This document shows positions 1-14,900 of a stretch of 64,000 nt of DNA, piece after piece. The stretch is from positions 5,650,954-5,714,953 of the forward strand of contig CM120644.1 of the NCBI GenBank assembly GCA_051362555.1, written 5' to 3'. Both the position numbers and the translations under genes were made by a program. Position 1 is the first letter of the stretch, and each line of letters opens with the position of its first letter. The DNA is from Lingula anatina. Taxonomy: Eukaryota > Animalia > Brachiopoda. The notes below the pieces were generated by a model. That model saw only the letters and a list, made by a program, of their open reading frames with translations. It was not told the origin of the DNA and did no database searches.

Positions 1-3000
1 CGCTTTTGCACAGTTTACGAAATATCAAAGTTGTCTTCACGGAAATGTAGCCTCCGTTTATTCACCTTTTCCAATATTGCCTGAATAAATGTCTTCGGTT
101 TTATTCAATACAAGAAGACGACAAAAAACTATTGGTGCGAGTAGTGCAAGCAAATACTGTTATGTTATGACGGGATGGGATACTACAACGCGAATCGAGA
201 ATTGCACTCTTTGTACATTTTTTTCTAAACTTTCGAACTGCTCTTTGACATTTCGTCAACGCCCGATGGCATTAAAATTGTCTTCAGGGACGCTAGTTGA
301 GTGATTGTTTTGCTGCATGCTAAATCCTATTTCACTTTATCTTATTAAGATAGAAATAATACTGATAATGATTTTGGAAACAACATGGCCGTATATGCAC
401 CGTAAAAGGTATAATAGTGTCAAGTGCGCACGCGCATATGTATGCGTGCGTTTGTGTGTGTGTGTGTCTCTGTGGTACGAGAGAGAGAGAGTGAAAGATA
501 GAGAGAACGGAAAAGAGAGAGAGGCCCTTTGTGGTATTGAATTGTATGTTGAAATAAGAAGAATGTACATTTACTCCAACGCAATCACTTTGTGTCTAAA
601 AGTAAAATTTATTAAATTAAACTAATAAATCAAAATCGACTATTATCTAATCAGTGGAATAGATTTGCAATATCATTTGGATGTTGTGGGCTGAAATGGT
701 CGGGATATCGTGTACTCTCTTACTCAAGGTGATTTAAGTAGTATGGTTAGTATTCCCATGGGTCATTACGTATTGATGCAGGTGCCACAATGCTTTGCAG
801 GTTGGGCAAATTTCTTACGGACCGTCTAGTGCTGTTAACGATCTCTCTATTCAATTACGTATTCGTAATAAAACCAATTAAAACTAAGTTAGTCTTCGAA
901 ACTGCAAACAATTTCCGACGACAATAAACATTACGATCATTGGGAGAAAAGTGATTTTCCTGTGGAAATTACTTTTCTGATAATGGCAGATACCTGCCAG
1001 CTACTTAAAAATAACATTAGGTAAACACGCATACCAAAGATCACCAATCCGACGTTCAAGGACCGCGTGGTCGCCCCTGCTCGTTGGAAAACCGGGCAAA
1101 GCTTGGTTATCTCGACAATAAGATAACATAGGTGAAACAGCACGTACGTATAAGCTGTATTGGGGGCAATAAGGAAAATCGGAAATGAGAATCCCAGCAC
1201 AAAAGCGCTACAATTATCCAAGTAACTATAAGAAAAAAACTGGATTAGGACCATCTGGGCGACCAAATTAATCGCTGTCTCATGGGTTTGTGGCTCATCT
1301 TGCATGTTTCAAAGGGGATGGTTTTTTGGTTGCATATATTGCATCGTCATAGTGGGAATTGGCTCTTTGAATTAAGGCAAACTAAATTCCTATCTGCCTG
1401 GAGAAATCTTATACATGAAGGGTTTAAAGGTCACTGCAGAGACACAAAGGCATAAGATTAAGTATTCAGTTACGGCGCAATTTATCTTAAGCATGACCAC
1501 TGTCAATTTAGATGTTTTCATAGCTCCAGAGCAAACGAAAAGCCCATGCACAACGTTCTGAGCTGAACATTTCCCCTTTGTCAACAGAAACAAAAATCCA
1601 TTGCTCAAAAAAATTCTACATCTTTCTTTCTATGACAAATGCCCTTACCTCTTGTTGGTTATGTTGTTCTCATTTAACATCTGACCTTTGATACTAATAT
1701 AGCAAAAATGTGGAGAACAGGAAAGAAAGGTTTGAAAAGAGTTTGCTCCATAAGTAGCCCTTTTAAGGTAAGATTCCAAGAAAACGTTGCCCAAACGGAC
1801 GTGGCGAAATCCATTTTGCAAGGGTGGTCAAAACACACGTGGGTGGGCGTAAAATTTATTTTCTCATGCTAGCATGGTTAAGTCCCACCAGGTATTGAGC
1901 CTGAGCAAATGTCTTGGGAATTGCAGAACAAGGAATAAATAAACCCTAAAGGTTGGTAGACCCGAACCACACTGCTTCAGCACGGCTTCCATCTCTCCGG
2001 GGATTCCAAGTGTAATCAACACATTTGGAAATAAACGCCAATTCTATCGTTGGTTTACCATCTTCATGGTGTACAAATGAGGCAACGCTGCCTTATCAAT
2101 CATAGTTCGAACACGTTATAAAGAAATCAAATTATAATAATGATGTATTTATAATGTAAATTAGCGAGGTTGCTTTGTGTTGGAGACCCCTGGAAAAAAC
2201 GGAAATTCAAAATGGTTTGGTTCATGCTTATCTTGACTGTGCGGAAAATCATTTTCCTGCACGTAAGCAGGTGCTCTATCAATTTTAGATCGAAGGTACC
2301 CTAGCTGTAGATGTTCTAACAATTTATTTTTCTTATAAGACGCTCGCCCAAAGACGCTCACGAAGTGCCGCAGTTGACACGACTTATTTTTTGTTCCTTT
2401 CCTTTAACAGTGAAATCCACTTGTTGCTGTAGAAATTTGCAAAATTGTATTATGAAATGATGATAAAAACTAGAAATGATGATAATAAAGTGAGATACGT
2501 TACAGAATGTTGGGCAATGATGCTAATTGCAATATCGTATGTTCTCACGGACATGTAAGTATGCAGCAATAATCTCTAAATAATCGACCGTCATCAAGTA
2601 AAGCACCGAAGTGAAAAATCGCCCACTCAAGTTGATTAGCTTTCAATTACGATTCAAACGCATCGAACTTGTCATTGTATAAATATTCCCAGCTTTACAC
2701 GGACTAGCACTTTGTTTTATGGAAAACTGAGCCAATTATTGTTACTGGTGCCTTAGTGATGATATAATATTTAGATGTAGATGGTGGTTAATTTTGGTTA
2801 ACACATGTCCCTTTACGTAAATGGCTTTCAGATACATCAGTATAACAAATGCTATGGGGTATTCTGTACGCGTTTAAAACTATCCTACGCAATATCTCTC
2901 TATCTAAATATCCCACAAAGCTCCTTCTTTTTCCCAACCCAGACCTTAAAAAGATGCAACTTAACCTCCTCAAATAAAAACGTATGGCGACTATGTCTAC

Positions 3001-6000
3001 CTATAAAAAATCAGAAAGACAATGGGCAGGGTAAATGGCCATAATTCGTTTATAACCAAGAAATTTAATTAGAAATGCTACGCAACATCGAATCCCAGCG
3101 CAGGGGAGGGTGGAGCAAAGACATACAAATAGAGGACATTTAAACTTACTCTTTTTGCTAAAAAGTTAGAACTAACGAGAAAATCCCCTACAAAACACCT
3201 TTAACTCCTGTCATCACAACACATCCGTCTATGCCTTGGTTCCGCCTGAATCCAAAAACATAGGGGCCCCAACAGATACCAGCACCTAACTTCAAGCCCA
3301 CAAACCGAGGCCTAGCCAGGTGTCAAATAATCGTGGGGGCAGAGGGTATGTATATTCAACTGATGCCTCGGCGAAGAAAAGAACACTGGGTCCCTTTTCG
3401 TCTTTAGGTTGTACTTTTTTAGTAACTCTTCACCTACTGCCTCCTTCTCCACTCAGATGTATAAAGGAATGTAGGCACTACTTTTTGGCAGATAGTTTAC
3501 TTTTCTTTCAATCGATTATCGTGAAATTCTATTACTGCGGTGTTGATACCGATTTTAACAATGACTTCTTTGCCTATACTGTGTGGCTGCAGAGCTGGCC
3601 GGAATCTCATGCGGTGATGTATTTTGTTCTTAAAGACGCCATGCATCCATCACATGCCGGGGTATGTACGCTTCACAGCAACATTTTCTATCTGCCTTTA
3701 CTGATGAGCTGATGATTGAAATGATAGCACTGTAAATCATCTCTGGCAAAAAAGGTTTACATTATGCAACAACATCAAATATTGAAGTATTTATTTCGCC
3801 ATCAAAACTTCTTACACAGAAAAACGTTCATGTTTCCAGCAAAGCTATGCCGTGCGTAAGAACCTAACACGCCATTCCCTCGACAACCTCATGCACAGTC
3901 ATTAGTATGCAAAAACGTCATGAACCTCAGTCGACCTCCCGCAATGGGCGTATCTACTAAGAACTCTTCATCATCTTTTCATCGGCGTGAGTGTCATAAT
4001 CAACCAGTTTACTATTAACTCACGTTTTACTAGTGACTCTGTTGGCATAGCACCTTTGAAAAACATTACCACTTATTCACTGGGGAGGAAACATGCGTGG
4101 CAGCCAGACATTTAGGCTAGGAAATAACTCTTTGATTCATTCCCTGTTTAACGTGTTTCGGTTGATTGTATGGAATTGAATTTATTCGACTTTCTCAGCT
4201 ATTACATGTAAAGTGGATGGCTTTTGGTTGTCAAGGTCTGTTAGTCGGATAATGTAATATCTGACAACAACGTAATAGTTAAACTGCAGAGAGACACCGT
4301 AGATAAACACCTAGCAGATAAGGTTCGTAAAGAACAGGCACTATGGGCTTGTATCGTCAATTGCAATGTCACATAAGTATATAATTTGGTGTAATGGCAT
4401 GGGTTAACGACGTGAAATGGCCTTTTTGAGAAAGGCGGGTCACCACACATAGAAGTCTAGGCAATGGTGAAATTTAAATTCATCGATTGTTCTTTTTTTA
4501 AATTTCAAATGTTTCTTATATAAGCCAAAATCGTTGGTGCATGGTGGCTGTGGTAAGAAATCGAATGCCTCATTATACTTCTGACAAGAGATTCACTATA
4601 AACGCAAATGCCAGTATAATCATCAATTATGTTAACGAAAACACTATGTTATTGCTTAACACATATTTATTTGTTATTTTAAATGAGACAATGCAGTTCT
4701 TGGAAGACAAATGCATTGGAACATGGCTGCACGGTATACGCGTATACGTCATTTCGTTCTCAATTCGCCAAAATGTCACCAGCATAGATGGAACCGAATG
4801 TAAAATTTAGAGACCAGAAATAAATTAGAAAATGGCAAAATAGGAAAAGTTCATGGAAAAAGGCGGAAAGTAATCAGTTTATGACATGAATGGGATTGAG
4901 TGAGTGCTTCCCGCGGGACTAAACGACACTTGTCATTTCTCCCATTAGTGTGTATTACTACGCTGTAACTAATGAAGTAGAGTGCTGATAGCTTTGGTTA
5001 TCGAAGGCGTTTGCACTCCACGTGGCTGTAGGAAGAAATGACAGACTGGGTAGAGAGTCTTTTAGACAAATATACTGTATGTATGTAGTATACTGAATAT
5101 CCGCCTTTCGGAAAGTTGAAAAAGCCACAAAGATTTCCGAAAAATGAATGACCACTCAATGCAAGTAAAATTTCTCCCTTAAATATCTAATTATTCTGAC
5201 AATACAGATGCACAAACACGAAAAAAATCCAGCCAACGCCACCGGAATTTAATACATTCAATATATCTGTAATCAAAACAAAATAATCAACGGGCGATTT
5301 TATAACAAGTACTGCATACGTGTATCAAAGCTGCCTGGTAAACAGTTTAGTATCATGGAGATTTTATCTCGATTATTCAGATTTTGTTAAAATCTTATTT
5401 ATATTGATAAGTTAGTGTTTTTTAACTATGCCAATTTTTTCTAGGATTTGATCCCATTCTTTTTTACTTGTCAGGTTTTTTAAATAAAAATGGGAAGAGG
5501 AAGTTACATTGTATCTATATGCTAGTTAATCAGCATCGTCGATCTAGAAAAACTGAAAAATAGACCAAAGGTATAATTTTTTTAAAAACTTTATTGACTC
5601 AATGTTTCAAATGGGAGGTGATGATCTTCTATAAGCAAAAATTATTTGACGTTTTGTTTACCTTACAATGTTTTGAAAGAACAGAATTTAGACATTCCTC
5701 CAAAGCGGTATGTACATTTAGATTTGTTAACTAATCTTAAGTCACTGAATACCTCAATCAAGTCGATAAATATATTGAACCAAGGGAAATATCATAGAAA
5801 AACAAGCGACAATAAAATAATTACCTCCCCGATTTTGCTAGATGCGTTTTTCACTGAAGGGACCTAACATTGGATACTTACTTGTGGCCAAATACATGTA
5901 TTTAAGTATCTGTAATTGAATAATCCCTGATGTCGTTATTTCCCTGAGAGGTAAATACATCAAGGTCGGGATGGGCAATGCATAACTAGAATGCGTCGCG

Positions 6001-7833
6001 ATCGTACGCTGGAGAGTTGGAGCACACTGCATCAAGTTTCTTGCCCTCTTGGACTGATTTGTGTTCAATGTCAGAGAGGCATCTCGAAGTGGTTTACATG
6101 TAGGTTCGCAAAACAGCATTTAGTCCTGCTCTTAGAATGATAATAAATGTGACCAAATATATGGCAATGTATACAGAACAGAAAGGTCCAAAGTGAAGAG
6201 GAACAAAGTAGTAATACAATATATTGGTACCTACACCTTGTCAAAGAGTCATTGACGGAATATATGCTTGTAACGGGTTCTGGGTAAAGGGCATGTCGAT
6301 TCATCATACTCTTTGTGCATGACGTTTCTGCATAGTTCTTGTTTCCGCGAGAAAGATATCATTCACTTATGAGCAACTGGGAAAGTATACCGCTCACGCG
6401 TCTTTCGTCAAACAGTTCTCAAAAGCACAGTAAACATAAGCTGCTTCCTAGAATTCAAATAAGGCGCTGTCAAAAGCAATTATACATAAAGGTTTCCCTC
6501 AAGTGCCTCTCAGAGCAAAACATTGCATAATTGTATCATGCTCTGTCATGCAAACCCATCATTAAGACTTCCACGAATCCGGAGCAATCAGACAGATTAT
6601 CAGTTTCAAGTGTCTTTGACCCCTCGATACTAGCTCCACTAAATGACCATTTCAATCGACGGAGAGTGATTACTGCCCACTGCCATAAGCTTAATGGCCC
6701 CAGTTATAATTATAATTAATGTACTCCTGTATAGTTCACCTGTAGCTTGACCTTTACGTTGTCAACAGATTTTATTCATTTTCTCCCATTGTTGTTGTAA
6801 ATTTATACTACACGTGTTTACAGACGATTTAACCCAAATTCACTTTCAACAATTACGCCACTATTGGCAATGTTCCAGTATACGCGCAATGGAACTTTAT
6901 CGACAAATACATCGAGTCGATTTTGAAACTCAGACCATTTATAATAGATAAGGTGTAAAAGGTTGAAGCTTATTGTTTTTTCAAAATGTGATATCATACC
7001 CTATAGTTTTCTATGGGGGATTGGAGATAGTTTCACTCTGACGAATTACGCAAGTTTTTGTCTATGATTAAAACAGGCACCAAACCCCATAATCACATTG
7101 CAGCGATTGATAGTGCATGAATAATACACTTTTCCAAAGTGGCGTAATTCTTTTTTTTTCTGGAACCAGTGACTTGTATTTGATTAATGTATACTTACAC
7201 TTTCAATTTTTTGTGTAAATCTTCGGTCCCCCTACAACTGAAGTGGAAACCGTAATGAAGTTATTATTCACAATAGCATAATGGTATCGTTATGTCGAAT
7301 GTCGTCAGATTCTACTTACATTGTGGAAAATGGACACTTAAAAGCCACAACTAGCTCCTAACAGGTTAAAGCCTAAATGAATATGTTTTTCAATAAATCA
7401 ACAATCGCACCATTATAGTGTCAATGGACTTTTGAGTGGTTATTATCCCTTCCCTCTTTTTCAATCTCAAAAGCACTTCCCAGCATATCGTAAAATGTTG
7501 CAATAAAAGTGCAAAGGAACATTATTAAAGAGACGTGATAAGAGAGCCTGTGGACACTTTTTTTTTAAATTTTAATCGGACAGAAATGCGTTCAAGATAA
7601 GAAAACGTTTTAAAAAGAAAGTTACAATATTTATATTTTTGAACATAGATTGTTAATATTGGCAATTGGCCACAGCGCTATTTCATAAATAGAAAAATTA
7701 GGTAGTAAAGATAACTTTTCAGAAAAGGAGAAGAGTTGAGCTTTCCTGCTTTGTGGCTTGAGTCCTGCTTTGAAAATGGACATGACATTTCGCACTTCAT
7801 CAAAGTGAAACACTTTACGATCTATATCTAAAA

Positions 7834-8039
7834 CAGGGGCGAATCCAGGGTTATTTGAAAGGGGGGGGTCTGGGGAGGCGTAGCCAACCCTCGCCCCCCC
7901 CCCCCCCCCCCTTTGGCGTGGGGTTCGGGCCCACTTAAGGACCCCGAAATAATTTTATGAGGAGACCATTGGTGCAATGTTTTTCAGAAAATGAAGAAGG
8001 GGTCAGGACCACCCCGGCGTCCCCCTAAATCCGCCACTC
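7834..8039 (-). mobile_element. MITE-like non-autonomous DNA element, family A (GC-rich terminal inverted repeats)
   Basis: Ends CAGGGGCGAATCCAGG ... CCTAAATCCGCCACTC form imperfect TIRs. Flanked by a 5-bp direct repeat TAAAA (7829-7833 and 8040-8044). Its reverse complement resembles the copies starting at 55686 and 56941. Confidence 0.7.
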
Positions 8040-11000
8040 TAAAACGTTACAAAATTGCTGTGGTACTCGATTCGTAGATACAATGTTTCTCATGCTTATC
8101 TAATTGGTATTCAATTACATCAAAATATTTTTTTAATACACAAGAGCGAATGCCCTATCACTTAAAAACCGTTATTACTAACCTGTAACACTCACGCTGT
8201 GGTTTCAAAATCCGAATAATTAGGGAGGTTGGATAGATTGATGGGTGTTTAGAAAGGGTATTAGATTGACGCCGATATAAGCGAGATATTTAAAAGTCGA
8301 GACGCAGTTGTCGTGAAACAGTCCAACCTGATACAATCGAACGGAGAAAAACTTTGGATGGCGGCGGTGAGTTGAAACTTATCGCAGATATTATGACTAA
8401 AGTTTTATCAAAGGTATATAAATCATACGAAAATGGCGAAACGGAATGCTTAACCACTGCCGTTAGACGCAGTTATTCTAATTGTTAATGTTGGGTCAAA
8501 TCTCTTATGTTGTGTTTATACGCATAAGGGATATTCATGTGAATTTTTTCTTTTTCTTTTAAAATTCAAAATGTACAATACAATGCAATGCTAGGGGTAA
8601 TATATTATTTTTCTTGATATTCATGTTGGAAAACAACACCATGTAATTAGTATAAATGTATTTTACTGTGATCTTACCACGTCTATTCCTTCCACACAGT
8701 AAATATATAATTGATGGTGGCAAAGGATTTACGTATATATGACAGGTTTAAAAGTTTGGGAATAATTTTTCTGATTTCTTCCAAAATATGCCCCCACCAT
8801 CCAAATAAAGATACTATACAGGCAAACGATTTGATAAGCTTTTGATTATTTCTGAAGCATTCGAATCGTTTATTGGAGTGTTTTCACAGAATATTCAAAC
8901 TCTTTCTACGCTTTCTTATTTTATGTTATTCTGGCCAGATGCACGAGTGCAAAAACAAAATAGTTAACATGCATCGAAACGTTTTGAACGCTTGTAATAT
9001 TAAATCATTCTATTTAAGTTTGCTATGATTGCCATCAATTTCTTTTCCAAAGGCGAATCTTAACATTGAAAACATGTTCAACAATTAATATCCAAATGTG
9101 AAGTACAAGAATGTTAACGACTGTAAGGAAATTAAGAAGACATTAGAGGCCGAGGCTTGCTTCCAGGCATTTCAGTCTGGAAACAAGACTACACTGTGTA
9201 TCTTGTATTCAAATATTGACCGATCACCATAACACTAACTGCTTCAATACCCAGTGAGACCGACAGATAAAGACCAGATAAGCAATGCGTATCAAATTAT
9301 GACAAATCAAATTTTACACGTTTCAGCTATTTTCCAGTTGGCGGCAACGCGTACGGTGCTTAACGAAATCAATCCCTCCTCCGGAACAGACGAGCAAGAA
9401 AACGATATATGTAACACGCTACCTAGCTTACCATATAAATGTCATAGGAAGAGAATTACTTCTTTATATACAAAATCAAAAGATGAGAATATCACAGAGG
9501 GGGGTCGATAGGGATTTCAGAAACGTTCTCTATGTCCACAGGCAGAGTTTAATCGTAATTTGATATTTCCGAACTTGTTTTGAAACATGTCAATCGCGCA
9601 TTTGCCGTTAATTATGGCTTAGCCAATACCCTTGAATAGTATTATTAATTCTCATTTTCTAACCCCTCTCAATATCCATCGGTTTATACAGTGGCCTATT
9701 AGATAGTGCGTGTTTAAGAGACAGTGTACAGTATTATTTTCTTAATATTTTTATAAAATAGTATGATAATTTATGTTTCTATACCATTAATACAGTTAAG
9801 GCAAATATAAGAATGATTTCGTAGAAATCTAGAGATTTATATGGTATTGATTGAAATACAGCTATAAACTGACACCATCTAGCGACCGACGTCGTAGATT
9901 TTGATTTAAAAAACACCCCCTTTAAACTTTTTCTTTCTTTAAAACCATGAAAATTAAATGAATAACGTGCTTTTTTTATTTAACCGCCCATAGTATTAAT
10001 TGCAAGAAATGTACTGGTTTTTCTTGCGCCGATACATTCGTTTATTGCACTTGGCTCATGTTCAAAAGCTCTGTATCAAACAACTTTACCGGTTATCCTT
10101 GGCGTTGCATGTTTTTCCCCAAGCGCTGTGTACCAATATCGATGTCACCGCCTACATGTACGTCCCTTCCCGCAAATGTTAGAGGTCGCTGTTGTTGTTT
10201 TGGCGGGAAACCAGAAAGGGATGCAACAGCTACTTCATCAACGCTAATACACTGCTTAGTGAAGCAGTTACGCTGATATGACAACAACTGGCAAGGTTTT
10301 GTCCGTCTATCTTAATCTTATTTTCCTTTCATTGGAAAATTGAAACAACGGATGCCAAATGTCAACGAGTAATTTGAATGGGATGGGTTCTGTGTACATG
10401 TGTTTTTGTGGGAAGTTGCGTGTATATTGTAGGTGGCGGAGACGTGAGGTATTCATATATTGAAAGCATTCCAAAGGTACTTCATCTGCAGTGCCCCATG
10501 CATGTTCTAGTGACATACATGTACCGTTGAGAAAGTTTGTTTAAAAACGTTTAAAAACTCTGATAAACATGTTCTAATGATATACATTCACCACTGAGAA
10601 AGCTTTAAGTTTAGTACTTCGATTACTTACTTGTGATTGGATGCCTACTGCTCCCTGGGCAGGATTACGCCAATCAGATCACTCATTCACGCAGGCTTCT
10701 TTGTCTCATAAATAATAATTTTGGAAATAATTGATCATAAATTTTACTGGACCTCTGTGCCTCTAGGTCCGCTGGCATACCTGTATGCGACCTTAAAGCC
10801 AAGAGGTATATAAATGAGTTAGTCTTTCTTGCACTATATACATTTCGGTATGCACAATTGAATTTTTGTGACGTAAATGTAATAATTTACTGTTATCAAA
10901 TGCCACGTAGCTGAATTCCACGAAAGACAAATTATTTCATAGAACTGTCACTTTGGTACTCCGAAAACGAATCCTGGCTGCATGACACCAATGTCCATGA

Positions 11001-11589
11001 TACCTTAAATCAGATTTTGTATTGGAAACAACCCAGTCTCTTGTCACGGAATGCACTGCAATCTATCAAATGAGCTAAGACGTGTAAAGTAGAATGAAAA
11101 TTTGATAAGGGTATATTTTGGAATCTAATAAACCTGAGAGGTAATGGCACTTAGGAGATGAAGAATGTGCATTAGATCGATTGTCACAATAAATTGGGAA
11201 ATGACAGCATGGTCGGGTATAAACCTCGCCGAGGCAAGAAACCCTTTCTTAAGACCAAAATGACATACTTTTCAGGACCCGTTTTTCTTTCTTTCATTCG
11301 CCAAACAATCTGTGCACATAACAGAACAGGGTCGAAAGTATTCCAGAGACTGGCAGAATGCCTTTATAAGATTTAAAAAACTGCTTAGAATGTTAGAAAT
11401 AATTTCGTTTAATCTGGTACCCATGATTGTCACAAATTACCTATTTCACTTAAGTTGCATCGCAAGTCAACAAGAAATGCATGACAATGCTGTAAATGGG
11501 TATTACAGGCATGGCAACACGTCCACGGCGCCAACTGTAGGGGGCGCCACTGTGGGAGGTCTCAAATATCCTTCACACCCCTACAAGTG

Positions 11590-11810
11590 CAATATTCTAT
11601 GATTTTAGCCAGTACCATCTATCCTCCGCTATTTTTGATGAACTGGATGGGTAATATTTTGTTCCTGTCAGTTTTGGATTTAAAGAAAGTGGTTTTCTGC
11701 CTGCCTCTTGGTCTTTTCCCTTTTCTCTTCCCAAGTTGTGATGGTCTCCAAAATCCCCTGTTCTGAATTAATTATTTTACCATCACTTTTCATATTGTCC
11801 AGGTCTAATG
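11590..11810 (-). mobile_element. Decayed 3' fragment of an RTE-clade LINE
   Basis: Minus-strand translation across frameshifts gives ..LETITT/GKRKGKRPRGRQKTTFFKS..FIK/IAEDRWYW. This resembles the conserved RTE ORF C-terminus (G.KR.RGR..., AEDR..W). No open frame remains. Confidence 0.5.
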
Positions 11811-11917
11811 TTCAAATGTGAGTGTGGGGATTTTATTGTTAATTTAGAAACAAAAAGGCCATTGACTTGAATTTCAAACTGATGTGATAAAAAGATTGAC
11901 TAAAGGAAATAAAATGT

Positions 11918-11918
11918 T

Positions 11919-11957
<39 letters not shown>

Positions 11958-11960
11958 TTT
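11918..11960. repeat. (TTTA)n microsatellite
   Basis: Directly visible tetranucleotide run. Confidence 0.9.
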
Positions 11961-14900
11961 CCATCAACATTTTTTTTTTATAGAAACTCCCCTGCTTTCT
12001 TTTACCGTGAAAAGACTAATTGTGGGAAGCTAAATGTTGAAGAATAACATACCCATAATTCAAATGATGCACGTACGTGTCTTATTTCAGAAATTCAACC
12101 AAAGTTTTATTACACCATACAGCACTCATCTGACAATTTCGGACAATGAAAGCGTTTTAAAAATCAAACAACATGCGGCGCATGGTATTTTCGCAACATG
12201 CGAGTTAGCGCGTGCATAATGTCTCCTGTGACGTAATTTTTTTTTTCCAACGTGTTTCCAGTGATTGGAGAGCAAGGACATTATTGAGTATAGTGCTGTA
12301 AGGATTGGTATTCAGAAAATTAACAAAACACGTGAAGTCCCAGGTCGCTTGTCACTGTAATGGACCGATGTGACAAGATTTACAGCCCATTCCACCCTTG
12401 GTAGGTAAATTTTCTTTCGAAAAATGTCACCAACACTTTCGAGAATTGACAAAGTAATTGTATTAAACACCCAAGGCAACAGTGTCTTCCTAGAGAAAAC
12501 AGGCCATTCCCTTAACTGGACTCAAGAGTATATGTGCTTAACCGTTCTAAAACACCGGTTTCGGTGGCATAAATGTCAATGGCAATCTCATTAGTAATCA
12601 TGTGGGTTTCTTCTTGCTCCTTAACCTTATAAGGTGTTAAGGTCAAACAATATGGGCATTCGATTACAATTTGAATTAACGACCAAGAAGTTAACAATTT
12701 CAAACATTTAACATGTTAGATTCTAGAAAAAATGAGTGGTTTTCGTTAAGTTTCAGAAAGAAATAAGGTGCATTTTCGTTAACACGGATCAGTATTTATG
12801 TTGCAGTTATGAATACTTGTTTGTTTTTCTAATATAGCTATAAAATAAACCTGTTTTAACAGACATTGGGAGACACGGGGTTTGCAATGTCTAAAACAGG
12901 CATTAAAGGTATCAGACATACTGACATACACGGCAGATTAATGTATACTTAGATGTTGTTCTAACCCAATCTTTTTTCAGAGCTAGATAAAGTGTATTAC
13001 TTCAGCCACTTTTTTGCAAATGGTTTCTAATACTTTTATCACAATGTAGCACAGGGAGGCCTGGGAAGAACAGTATTTTGTTCCTGGTAGTCAGTGCTAG
13101 TCAGAGTAAAACCCCAGTGCTTACGTGTATCAACGTTGCTTGACTTTTAGTTGCAAAAGATGTACATTTTGACTGCTCACCTCTCCAGCGCTGTATATAT
13201 ACAATATGATTCGCCTGTTAGTAAATAAGACACATTTTGTTTTGGCGCTAGACGATTTAGCAAGCTGAAAGATTGTAGAGCCCGCCCCGTCACTCTGTAT
13301 CCGTACAAACGAAATTGAATAGCGGCGATTGACATGCAGGACGGTGCGGCAAAATCGGGGAAGTGATTTTAGATATTAAGAGAGAGACTTTAGGACCTCG
13401 AGCTCATTGTAATACCTTGATTTGGTTGTCTTGTGTCTACGGGGTATTATCTCACTTTAAAAAAACAGCTGTACAGTTTTGTCTATTTATTTGCTTATTG
13501 TTAGTTCTTTATTTATCTATTATTTGTGTTTGTTTGATTGATTGCTTGTTTGATTGATTGATTTTTAAGTTCCTTTATTCCGAGCAGGTGTAGTTTGTTA
13601 CACTCCTACACTCCTCAATCAGTACATTCCCAGCAAGAGTGAATGAATGTTGTAGTGTGTCTGCACACCTGATTATTACGCATGACTGATGACGTCAGAA
13701 ATAGAGCGCTGCATACCCAAATTCTCCCCGTGCTGTGACGGATTTATACTTGGCTCCCTAAATAAGTTATTCAAGTACAGGTTTCAGCTGATAGATCAGC
13801 CCACTTAAAGCTATAAAACCAGGTTGTCTGTTACAGTAATTACGTTAGCTAACGCGGAAATGACTATTGGGAATATAATTCGTAACGTTTTGGCAATCTG
13901 GTTATGCATCTCCTTAATACTCTGAAAAAAAGTTATGTTTTATACGATACTGATTGCCTCTTGGTAATTGGATGTTAGACTAAAAGAAAACCCATAGCTT
14001 TTCTTAGAGGAAACAAGGGATGAATCCCTTCAATTACATGTAGGTTTCCTTTTACCTTCTTCTCAGTTTTTCCTCAAGGATTCCTTTACTTAAACGTTGA
14101 GTAAGTAACTATGCCTCTAATCGGATGCAGAGCCTGGTTTAGATAGACTGCACCCAGCGTGCATGATAAATAACTCATTTTAATAATTTTACTATGGACT
14201 AAGTAGCTTGTATACAAATTGAACAAAATGTATAGTTTTACGATAAATAACCATAGCGATCATATGTCCCATTAAGCGTTAAAGCAATTTGGAAAGCATT
14301 AATTGAATGTTGTAAAATAATCAAATATGTTTTGATGAGATATTGTTATTTTGATGAATAGTCAATAAGTATCTCAATAGAAATATATCAGTTATTACTT
14401 GACTATTGCAATACTTAAATGCATAGTGTTAAGCAATAAAAATATCATTCAACTGATATCTCCCGTTTGTTGGACATTCTCCAATATCGCGAACGTTTCC
14501 GAGATCAATTGACGCAAAACATAACTATATACCGTCATTAGAAAATGATTTACTGTTGAGAATTAATGCATATTGGCCTTTTATGTAACAATCCCTCTAC
14601 ATTTTCAGTTATTGTATACGATACCAATTGATTTTGCTTTCAACACCACAGCTTTAAGCTTTGCTACGAAACAGATTTATACGTTCATTGTCGACACAAA
14701 AAAGATTTGCAACGATGGTAATTGATTCAGATCTAATACGTAAATAAATATTGTTTCAATAGTGCATTTAACCACTTTAACCAAGTTATATATACTAATG
14801 ATTACATTCTGTGTACTTGATCATTCTTTATTCAAGATAATTTGGACAATTTACCTAGTGGTATTTAAGAAATATAATGTTAATCTAAATAGCCACTGGC

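Noticed and set aside
305-3712. ORFs over 100 aa at 305-625, 937-1305 and 3320-3712
   Set aside because: They are microsatellite-driven or have random AT-rich composition, with no recognisable motif or supporting exon structure.
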